From the NCBI RefSeq assembly GCF_009914755.1, contig NC_060944.1: DNA of 64,000 bases; one strand, given 5' to 3'. This DNA is from the human T2T-CHM13v2.0 reference genome, Homo sapiens. Every line of letters starts with the position of its first letter. The first letter of the stretch is position 1. Positions 53,027-64,000 of this stretch are shown here, one piece after another. Position numbers and translations under genes: made by a program. Below the pieces are notes generated by a model. That model searched no databases and was not told the origin of the DNA. It saw only the letters and a program-made list of their open reading frames with translations.

Positions 53027-53363
53027 TGATATGGTTTGGCTGTGTCCCCACCCAAATCTCACCCAAATCGTGAATTCCCATGTGTTGTGGGAGGGACCTG
53101 GTGGGAGGTAATTGAATCATAGGGGTGCGTTTTTCTGGTGCTGTTCTTGTGATAGTGAATAAGTCTCATGAGATCTGAGTTTCCCTGCAGTCTCTCTTTG
53201 CCTGCTGCCATCCACGTAAGATGTGACTTGCTCCTCCTTGCCTTCTTCCATGATTGTGAGGCCTCCCCAGCCATGTGGAACTGTAAGTCCAATTAAACCT
53301 CTTTCTTTTGTAAATTGCCCAGTCTTGGGTATGTCTTTATCAGCAGCATGAAAACGGAATACA
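53027..53363 (+). mobile_element. THE1A/B solo LTR inserted in a MIR
   Basis: tgatatggtttggctgtgtcccc...aataca; perfect TSD cacca at 53022-53026 and 53364-53368; MIR on both flanks. Confidence 0.93.
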
Positions 53364-55959
53364 CACCATGTATAAGGAACCTGGATGCAGTAAGTGCTCA
53401 ACAAACAGTAGTTATTGCAATAGGAGCTGATGTGGCTACTATTCCCAACTTCTGCAGGGGTTGAAATGTCTTAGCTAAACAAGGGGATTCTTTTAAGCTA
53501 GTTAATTGGCTATTTAAAACATTTTCAAAATTGGCCAGTAAAAAAATTAATCTCTAGTTAATTATCAGCTCCTATTTTTCTGTTTTCTACCTGGCAATTT
53601 TTGCAAAACACCCTCCTCTCTCCTGCTTCACTCTATGATATGCTACAGTTGATCCAGGTTGCTTTATCTCCCATTTCACATTTTTGTAAATGTGATTATT
53701 TAACTGTGTAAAGTGTTATGGGATATGTTTGGAATGAAAGTCACTTTTCAAATAGAAATGAAGTTGGCATATATTGCATTTAAATCTCTAGTGGGGAGCC
53801 GTAGGGGGATGAGAGAGAAGTACACTCAGATATACTTGGGTTTGGGCTTAGAGAAATCTTCTCTCCTCTTTCCTGGCTGGCCAAGATAATATTACTAACA
53901 GAAATCTCCTTGGGAAGGAAAAAGTCCTTTGATGCTTATGATGCAAATTGAAAATGCAGAGGGAAATGAGAGCTGAGCTCCTGGGCTTTCCCACTCTGCT
54001 CCTCCCCAGAACTGTGAAAAAGACAAACACATACTTTTGCAAGTTCTATTGCCACATCTGAAAAGACAAGAAGAATTTTGTGTTGGTGGTGGAAAGAGTG
54101 ACAGGGATGAGCCAGTCCCTAGTGTACAGGCAGATGTGGGGCTGGGGCAAGGAAACTGATAGATTTGAAAAATGAAGCAAGAGTGAAGATCCTTTTAATC
54201 AAAGAAACCAACAGAGGCATGGAATTGTAACTGACCACCAACCTGTTGGATATCAACTCTTGGCAAGAGGGGGCAGACTGGGCAGCTGGACATGGTTTGG
54301 GAACCCTAGTTACAGGGGTGAAGGGTTTTGCTCACTTCTCTCCACCAGGACACCAAGGCAGCTGCCAGAGCACATGGTGCCCATGAGGAAATGAGAAAAT
54401 AGGCATCTGCCCCACACCCCAGGGCAGAAATAGGGGCACCCAGCTGGACTGACGTCCCCTTGTGAGCTATGGATGCAGACCTGGATCCACCATGCGTGCC
54501 ATGCAGGGCCATGTGCCCCAGGCCCCCTTCAAGGAAGGACTGCCCAACTGTGGGAGTGTCCTTCAAAAGGTCACCCCTTCCTGGGGCTGCCGGGCACAGA
54601 CTGGGGCAGGCTGGGCCCGAAGGCTGGGCTGGGAGGGCAGGATCAGCTGCCGGCTGAGCCTCTTGCCAGCTGGCCTCAGCCACCCACCCCCCGGCCCTCT
54701 TGCTATTCCTGCTTCTCCCGTCCACTTCCTTTGACAGCTGTTGGTCCCTAATAATATGTCAGGCCCCAAATTCCACTTCAGCAGCTGCTTTTGAAGAGCC
54801 CGATGACGACTCCACGTTCTCCCTCTCAGTCCAGCTGAGAGGGACAGACATCAATGCAGGGATCAAAGAAGTAAATTAAATATTGCAGCTGAAATCCCTG
54901 CTAAAAGAGGGAGCTGCCCCAACCCATGAGAGGATGTCAGGGCAGGGTGGGGCCCCGGGCAGCAAGTCAGGAAGGGGTGTTCCTCCAGGATGAGCTCCTA
55001 GGATCCGGGGGGATGGTGGGGTTGCCTGGGTGAGGAGAAGGCACAGGTGCAGGCTCTCGGGGAGGCTTTGGGGAGGAGAGGGAAGGCTGGCATGGGGGTA
55101 GGGGGCAGGAAAGTTTATGTCATGGAGCTGGGGAGTTGCCAGGGTGGACCACTGTGCAGAGACGCTTGGGCAAGAGCAAAGGTTTTGGTCATTATCCTAA
55201 GATTGACGTGTTTTAAACCTGGGGTGGTCGGATCAGATTTGCATTGTAAAAAGGTCATTCAGCCCTCTGGGAGGTAGCACAGAGGCCGTGTGGTGCTGAA
55301 AGGGGTGTTTTGGACTATTTGGGCCACAAGGAGCCCCAGTCCTTCCTGGAGAAGAAAGAGCCATCTGAGGAGGGTGTGCAGCAGAGGGAGGGGTTACAGC
55401 CAAGAGCTTTTCTGCGTCCCCACTGCCTGGGTTGGGGGCAGCCTTCCAGCCCCCGGGGTGAGTGTTTCACAGAAGAGCTCAGCTATCAGGCTTCTGCCCA
55501 AAGAGAGTCCATGAGGGAATATTCACCAGAGTTTGTGAGTGCCAGGGGCAAAGCAGTGTGCTGTCATTGATTTTTCCAAACCTGGGGGCCTTCCGAGGCC
55601 CAGAGGCACCAGCAGAGTACAGACGAGTGGAGGCAAATGCAGATGCAGTCACCATAGCCCCAGGTGCCGGTGTTCCCCAGTGGCTTATTAGAAGGATTCA
55701 TCAGGCAGATGGAAACTGGGGGAGCAGAGAAGGGGAAGGACGGAGGGCAGTTGCATTTGGAGCTCTGGGTTCCAGAGTCTGAGGGTCAAAGCAGACTAGG
55801 CTCTTTCTGGAAAAATACAGAAGTGACCGGCAAGGGGAAAATGGAAAACAGCATTGTGCATTGCAGGGCCTGTCGACCAGGGTACACAGGAAACAACAGG
55901 TGGCTTCCACAGGCTGCACCTCCAGGCCAACCCATTTGCAAGCTCATGACAATGGACTA

Positions 55960-56080
55960 TCATGGCTCCCATTTTCCAGGAGGGGAAATGATGGAGAGGA
56001 AGGTAAAAACATCGTGCCTCAGGCCTCACGGTGACAGAGGTGAGGCCAAGATTCAAACCCAGGTCTAGGGGCACCAAAGC
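55960..56080 (-). mobile_element. MIR SINE
   Basis: cccattttccaggaggggaaa...aagattcaaacccaggtct. Confidence 0.55.
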
Positions 56081-56679
56081 CACTGCCCCAGCCCCCAGCC
56101 CAAAGGCAAATGATCCCCTGAGGGTGCCTCCCCCAGGGGCAGAAGACAGGGCCCCAGTAGCAGTCGTGGGGAGGAGGACCACGCACTAGGTAAACAGCAG
56201 GCAGTAGCTAAATGCTGAGCAGTGTGACCGATGTTATCATTGGTAATAACTTAGTACATTCATGGGGCACTCCATTTACAAAGTGGCTTCATGCCTACTT
56301 TCTCACCTCTGTGTTGCTCAACTCAGTAAGGGAGGGAGAAAGAATGAGAATCTTAAAATAATGACTTCTGTTTTCGGGAAGACAGAGTATGCATGCCTTT
56401 CCCTGTTCCTCTTGCTAATCACAGCTAAGCCTGCACATGAATGTTAGGCCTTTGGCCAAATGCCACTGAAGGCCAGAGTTCACAAGAACCCATTGACATC
56501 GTCCTCCCAGGCCAGCCTCCTCCCAGGGCAGCAGGAGGATGAGGAAGGACGGCGAGAGGGTCTGGACAGGCCGGCAGAAGCTGAACAGCCCAAATGTCCC
56601 CTGCTTTCTCCAGACCCTACCCCTCCTCGCCAGGCCACACCCACAGCAGCTTACACAGCACTCCCAGGAGTCAGGCATC

Positions 56680-56800
56680 CGTTTAATCAGTTTCATAAGC
56701 ACCTACTGTGTGCCAAGGATGCTTCTGGGCTCTAAAGACACAGAGGGGAATAAAACGTAAAACATGGTTCCTGTTCTCATGAAACTTGGCCACGGGGAAG
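56680..56800 (-). mobile_element. L2 3' end
   Basis: cataagcacctactgtgtgccaagg...catggttcctgttctcatgaaactt. Confidence 0.65.
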
Positions 56801-57309
56801 ATAGAAGATAAACAACTAAACACATAGATGAGAAAGAACAGTCAGATAATACAACTGCATAAGGGAACAAAGCAAGTCCATATGGGAGGGATGAGGAGGG
56901 ACACATTAGCTCCAGGGGCCAGGCGTCTCCCTGACGAGCCAGAGGATGCAGCCCCTGCAGGTTCCTGGCAGACAGGAGCACGGGACAGAGGGCCAGGATT
57001 GGGCGTACTGAGCCCACTCCAATAGCTGGGCCACTGCTAATGTGCGGGCTCATATTAGCACCTATGGTCCTAGATAATGCAGAGTCCAGTGCCATTATTT
57101 TTCATACTTTGTGCTTATTTTTCCGGCCAGACCAGGAAAGCTGTTTGACACCTACACAATGAGGAGCAAGAAATTCAGACCTTCCTCCTCCTGAGGCCCC
57201 ATTTCCTTCCCTCTGGGGTTGTTGTGAAGATGGGATTCGATCATGAATATAACATTCACTGCCGTGAGTGGAACAGTTATTGAAATTGTCTACCAGTAGC
57301 TTTAACTAG

Positions 57310-57545
57310 CAGCATTAATACTACTATTAATCACGGAAGCCAGCCTTTATTAAGCACTTACTGTATTCCAGGCACTGTTCTGAGTGCTTTCCAGAGAGTA
57401 ATGCATTTCACCCTCACCACTCTGGAAGGGAGGTGCAATAATTATCCTTGTCTCATAGATGAGGAAACTGAGACACACAGGGGAGAAGTCACTTTCCCAG
57501 AGTCACATAGCCGCCAGACCACAGAGCCAAGCCAGCCTGACCCAG
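57310..57545 (-). mobile_element. MIR SINE
   Basis: tttattaagcacttactgtattccaggcactgttctgagtgcttt...atagatgaggaaactgagacacacag. Confidence 0.8.
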
Positions 57546-58469
57546 CACGTGCTGCAGAAGCTGCTGCTGGATTTTGTCTGCACAAAAGCCCCATGGGCAG
57601 ATAGGATTCATCTTACTTCGTGCCTCAGTGGCTGAATCTATAAAACGAAACTGAATGACTTGGCCAAAGTCACCCCAGCTCAGAGGTGGCAGAGATAGGA
57701 TGGGAATCCAGGCCTTGACTCCTCCTGCAGTGCCCAACCCCCACCACACATGACTTCTCTCACACCTTGTACACTGCAGGTATTTGGCCAGTACCTGGGA
57801 GACATTTCTGATTTTTTTTCCACGGCATGTCCATTTTGATCACATTTTCTTCTACATGTGGGAACAAAACTAGACACAACTTTGCTGAAAGTCTGAGCTA
57901 GCCTTACTTTTACCTGCAGCTGAGAAAGTTAGCTTCTTCCCTCACCAAGGCTAAAAGGGCAAGAGATGACACACCCAGCAAGAAAACCGAAAATAACAAA
58001 ATCAGTCAATGTGGAACAAACATTACTCCCCGGCAACTGGGGCCAGGTATTTATGCTGCGATGAGACAAAGGCAGACTCTTTCTCCTTAGATTTTAGCAC
58101 TTGCTTCCAAAACAGCAGAGGGCCCTGCAGGGGAACCAGCGGAGGATGGATGGCATCTGGCATTGATTGGTAGCCAGGCTGAATAATACATCAAGGGTCT
58201 GTGACTTCATCACAAAAGCCTGGCGGGCTGGCCTCCTGCAAACCAGACTCCCCAGGGACTGGGCCTCACCAGGTGTCTTCAATTAGAAATACAGTGGGAG
58301 CAATGCTTCTGAACCGATTCTGAAAGGCAGGCTCCCGGGCTGAGAGACGGAGTGAAGGGACATGCTCAAGGTTCCTTCCCCTCCATGCCTCATAGTGGGC
58401 CCTGCCCTGGGGATAAGCCTCCTACAGTCCCTCGTGAGCTCCATCCACTGCCAAAGATGAGTCAAATAG

Positions 58470-58866
<397 letters not shown>

Positions 58867-59902
58867 CAAGATAAGGCTGCCTCCTAAGCCTCGCATCTGT
58901 TGTCTGTAAGAGAGCCACGGCTGTGCAGGAAGGAGGGATGAGGCGGTGGAGTCCTGGGTGTCAGGTCCTGTACTACAGGCCGAGCACAGGGAGAGGAGCA
59001 AGCTTTCCTCCTTCCCCTCCTTTCTTTCTCCCTTGAACATTTGCTGAAGTGTCACCTATGTTCCAGATGTTGTGCTAGGAAGCAAAATACAGCACCAAAC
59101 AAGATAAGCATGGTCACTGCCCTGCTCCCAAGGAAGGATGCTTTGGAAGGCCTTTCACTGAATATCTGTCCTCACCTACTCTGTGCCACTCACAGGCTTG
59201 GTTGAGGATCAAACTCTTTTTGCAGAAGAGGAAAGGGAGACTCCAAGAGGGGCAATGCTCTGTCCCTAGATCTGTGACCTTGGGCAAGTGGTAGTTTGGA
59301 CTGAGCATTCCTAAGCTATATCCAGGGCACCCCATGCTTCCTGGCCTCATGTTTAGCTCCTTGTGAGAGGGTCAGGTCGCCCACTAGCAGATGAACTCCT
59401 TGCTCATCCTTGTGTTCCAAGCAGAAACTAACACAAAACCAGACAACCTGGAATGAAGACAAGAAACCCTTGGCCTGCTGGGTCATGAAGCTATTTCTGG
59501 CTGCTGTCCATGGTACTGGCAAGAAGCATGAAGCCTGCCAATGTCAGGTGGTTAGAGCCCTCTTGGGAAGCTAAAAGATTCTTATCGTCCAATTCATGCT
59601 TTTCACAGCCTCCTTGGTTTTTCACTGGGTCTTTCCAACAAGTCTTACCTGTCTCCTCTCTCAACTCCCGGTGAGCTTTTCTGTTGGCCAGTGGATGCCT
59701 TGTATTAGATGTTTGTCTTTTTTTTTTTTTTCTGGTCTCCTGTTATTTTCCCAAGTCATTCTTAACCTTGGAAGCAGAGAACACTCACAACCAGCTGTAC
59801 TTGGTGTTGCATATTAAATAATCTTTGTTTTGATTCATGTGTTAAAGTCCTTTATCCATTCTCTTGCATTACAGAGACCCCAGTCTTAACACATATTTCT
59901 TA

Positions 59903-60571
59903 CATCATGTTTCCCAAATGTCAGTCACCCACATACCTCCCACATGATTTTTGCCATACTCTTACACCACCTATCATTCTATGCCAAATATATTTCCTAA
60001 AATCAACCCTTTTAAAAGTTTTAGTAGGTCTTATTTTTTAGAGCAGTTTTAGATTTACAGAAAAACCGAACAGAAAGTACAGAGAGTTCTCATATACCTC
60101 CTCCCTGCACACATTTTCCCTATTATTAACATCTTGCATTTGTTTGGTACATGTGGTACACTTGATGAACCAAGACTAATACATTATCATTAACTAATGC
60201 CTACAGTTTTCTTGAAGGTTCACTCTGTGTTGTACCGTTCTATGGGTTAACAAATTCATGTCATATATCCATCATTACAGTATCTTACAGAATAGTTTCA
60301 CCACCCTAAAAATGCTCTCTGTTCACTCATTCATTCCTACCCCCTACCCTTGAACCCCTGGCAACCACTGATATTTTTATTGTCTCCATAGTTTTGCCTT
60401 CCCAGAATGTCATAGAGTCAGAATCACATAGTATGTAGCCTTTTCAGACTGGCTTCCTCCACTCACTTTTTTAAAACATACATACATTTATTTAAAAGGG
60501 AAGCTTGATATAATCATCAAAAATGGATATTCAGATTCATTTACCATGAATAAAAGGAAATCATAGAAGTA
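59903..60571 (+). mobile_element. MER113-type element split by L1 insertions
   Basis: tgtttcccaaatgtcagtca...catgatttttgccatac; resumes at ~60460 actcactttttt...aaaagggaagcttgatat. Confidence 0.55.
60010..60460 (-). mobile_element. L1MC1-like 3' end
   Basis: gagcagttttagatttacag...cagaaagtacagagagttctcatatacc...gtatgtagccttttcagactggcttc. Confidence 0.8.
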
Positions 60572-63425
60572 GCAGCAGGAATGGAAACTTCTCTATTCCA
60601 TGAAACTCATGACAAAAACTGGCAAAAATTCCGGAATCAACTTTTTCAGAATTCTGGAAATTAACCAAAGGCTTGAAGCAATCTAGATTGCATGCATTCA
60701 GGAAGAAAGGCTGAATTTCAGTAAGAACAGGGAGCTTCATGGCATTTTAACTTTCCGTATTTCCATCCCCTTCTCTTCTGCTCTGAGTTAGCCTTGAAAT
60801 CAGGTTGAAATCAGCCCTGCAATCAGGGTAAAAACCGGTGGCCTGACAGCTACTGTAGGGGACAAAACAAGATTGTAGCCCCTTCAAACCTCATTCCCAG
60901 AGAACTGTTACGACTTGACTTGTCTGGTGGGTCCCTGGAGAACTCTACTTGCAAGGTTGTCTTGCCTTCTGACCAAGATCAGTGGTTGCCAGAGGTTCAA
61001 AGGTAGGGGGTAGGAATGAATGAAGAGCATTCTTAGGGTCGTGAAACTATTGTGTAAGATACTGTAATGATGAATAACTGACATGTATTTGCCAACCCAT
61101 AGCAAGTAAACTGTAGGTCTTACTTGAATTTTGCCCACTTTGAAAAGTCTAAGCATTTGCTGAAAACAATTAAAAGTAACTGCTTAGCTTTCTGACTGCC
61201 TAAGATGGTGAGCAACAGTTGGGAAAAGTGTGGGCTAACCAAAAAATTTAAAAAGAAAAAACTGGCAAATAAGATGTCCGTAGGGGCTTTGCAAAGTTCC
61301 AACATATTCCTGAGAATCTAGAAAGCCCCGTGCATGTGTAGGGCTGTAGGCATGCTCAGGAGAGACTTGAGAAGGCTCTGTGCTCTCAATTCTGTATGAC
61401 CTGAGGGTCTACGCAAGTAGAAAGTGAAAGTTAGGGCAGAGTTGCCAATTTCCTGACCAAGTATTGAAAGTATGCCCAGCATGCACACAGAGTACTGTGG
61501 CAAAAATTGGGAGACTTATTAGTCCAGGCATTTGAGGAAATGTCTGTCCACTCTTGAGCTCCCCAGTAAGCTAACTGAGCAGACATTTCAGTGGCCACCC
61601 ATGAAAAACAATGTAACACACCATATTATAGAATTAAGGGGGAAAATCACCTGATCTTTTCAGTAGATACAGAAAACGTATCTGATAAAATTGAGACAAA
61701 ATACTCCTGTCAAGACAAAAATACTTGTCAAGACAAAAATACTCAACACACTTTAAATAGTAGGAAACTTCTTCAACTGGATAAAGGGCACCTATGAAAA
61801 AGTCTAAGCTAATATGATACTTAATCGTGAAAGACTGGGTGCTTTCCCCATAAGATCAGGAACAAGACAAGGATGTCTACTTTTGCCATTGCAATTGTAC
61901 TGGAGGTTCTAGCAAGCAATTAGACCAAAAAAATGAAATAAAAGGCATCTATAAGGAAAGAAGTAAAGCCACCTCTATTTGAAGATGACATGATCTTGCA
62001 TATATAAAATCCTAAGAATTTTGCCAATAAACTATGAGAGTTCATGAACAAGTTCAGAAAGATTATAAGGTACAAGATCAATATACAAAAATCAATTGTA
62101 TTCCCACACATTAGCAATGAACAATCCAAAAAATGAATCCAATAAAATAATTCCACTTACAATAGCATCAGAAAAATAAAATACTTATAAATAAATCTAA
62201 CAAAAAAGTTCAAGACATATACATCAAAAACTATAAAATATTACTTAGAGAAAATTTTTAAAACCTAAATAGTTGCTATGTTCATGGATTGAAAGGCTTA
62301 ATATTGCTAAAATGGTGATACCCCCCAAATTGATATGCAGATTCAACACAATCCCTAACTTTGGATTTGGCAGCAGTTTATTAGCTTTAACAGCTAAAGC
62401 ATGAGCCTTTGAAAAAATAGATTGTATTTCATCAAAATTAAAACCTTTTTTGCTTCAATGGACATGATCAAGAAAGTGAAAAGACAACCCACAGAATGGG
62501 AGAAAATATTTGTAAATCATGTATTGGATTAGAGTCTTGTATCCAGAATCTACAAAGAACTCTTTACAAATTAACAACAAAGTCACCCAATCAAAACTTG
62601 GGTAAAGGAATCAAATAGACATATCTCTAAAGAAAATACACAAATAGCATATATATATATACTCAACACTATTAGTCATTAGGGAAAAGTAAATCAAAAT
62701 CACAATGAGATAATACTTCACACCACACACATTCACACCTACTGTAATTAGAAAGATGAACAATAACAAGTGTTGGTGAGGATGTGGAGAAACTGAAACC
62801 CACATACCTTGCTAGTGAAATCTAAAAGGATGCAGGCCCTTTGGAAAACAGTTTGACAATGCCTCAAAATGTTAAATATAGAGTTACCATACAACACAGC
62901 AATTCCACTCCTAAGGTCTCTAAGAGACCTTAAAATATGTGCTCACCCAAAAACTTGTACATGAGTGTTCACTCACAATAGCCAAGAGGTAGAAAGAACC
63001 CAATTGTACATCATCGATGAATGGATTTTTAAAAAGTGTGATCTAGCCATTCAATGGGACATTATTCAACCATGTAAAGAAATGGAGCACCGAAACATGC
63101 CACAACATGGATGAACCTTAAAAACATGCTCAGTGAAAGAAGCCAAACACAAAAGGCCACATATTATATGATTCATTTATATGAAATGTCCATAATAGGT
63201 AAACCCATTGAGACAGGAAGTAGAAAAGTATTGACCTGGAGCTGGGGGAAGGAGAAAATCAAGAATGCTAATGGCGCGGAGTTTCTTTTAGGGATGATAA
63301 AGTTTTGGAATTGAGGTGATGGTTGCACAACCATGCGAATAAACTAAAAACCACTGAATTGTATATACACTTTAAAAAGGTGAATTTTATATACGTAAAT
63401 TAAATCTTAGTATTTTTTAAAATGC
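60572..63425 (+). mobile_element. L1MB-like element: 5' region joined to ORF2 RT and 3'UTR (internally deleted)
   Basis: RT remnants SVDTENVSDKI (~61660), GTRQGC (~61860), LFEDDMI (~61975); L1MB-type 3'UTR; candidate TSD aatcata(g/a)aagta at 60559-60571 and 63426-63438. Confidence 0.85.
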
Positions 63426-63714
63426 AATCATAAAAGTAAGTACCTTGACAAGGAAATATTTGCCGTATTTTAAAACATAAAATTTAAAATGATACAATTT
63501 TTAAAAAGAAATAAGTCTAATCATTTTGTAAAAATATATTTCTGAAAATAAGTTTATGAATGAGAAAGGAACACTATTTACGATAAATCACTCATAAAAG
63601 TTTCAAATGTGGTTTTTTTTAAGATGACGTTTTATGCCAACTCTGTGATTTAGTGCAGCTGTTAACCAGCACTGTGAATTTCATTCAGCTCATCCATGTA
63701 TATGGTCATAAAGG

Positions 63715-64000
63715 ACAAAATATACATAGCCATGACACAGGCTAAGGTAGAGATGTCCAACACAACAGTGGCTTAAAAGAGAAGTGACTTTCTCTCCCTG
63801 GTAACCATCCATGGATGATAAGGCAGTTCTATGGTGCTGGGCACCAAGGCTCCCTCTGTCTTATTTTTCCACCCCCACTAGGGTGTAGCCCTTTCTACAT
63901 GGCCCCAAACAACTAACCACCATGTCCCCTTTCCTGGGGAGGGGGGAAAAGTAGTTTAGAGCAGGTTCCACCCCTTTAAGGACCTAACCAGAAATTTGTC
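63715..64000 (-). mobile_element. Old MLT1-type LTR, running off the window end
   Basis: caacagtggcttaaaagagaagtgactttctctc...ggctccctctgtctt. Confidence 0.5.

Overview
This is eukaryotic, not prokaryotic, DNA. AluJ/S/Y, THE1, L1PA and MER52 elements mark it as human or another catarrhine primate. I found no protein-coding exon, RNA gene, CRISPR array or true CpG island that I can support. The window reads as intergenic or deep-intronic DNA, roughly half of it recognisable interspersed repeats: many MIR and L2 fragments, old L1M/HAL1, MaLR/ERV solo LTRs, hAT and Tigger DNA-transposon relics and 9 Alus. Repeat-poor stretches with enhancer-like motif clusters lie in between. The ORF track is explained by chance or by repeats. 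Main observations: (i) a heavily decayed Ty3/Gypsy-type RT-RNase H fossil on the minus strand at ~1640-2110; (ii) a partial-left + left + right 'trimeric' AluY inside one perfect 19-bp TSD at 58470-58885; (iii) a nested MER113/L1MC/L1MB block at 59.9-63.4 kb with a ~125-bp inverted duplication and an internally deleted L1 that keeps its TSD; (iv) a G-rich pentamer array resembling Ig switch repeats at ~9.0-9.3 kb; (v) a four-site GATA cluster at 4637-4703 and an enhancer-like unique block at ~24.2-24.9 kb. Repeat family names come from my recall of consensus sequences and need RepeatMasker/Dfam confirmation. Boundaries without a stated TSD are approximate. I cannot identify the chromosomal locus. 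I see no convincing new biological system.
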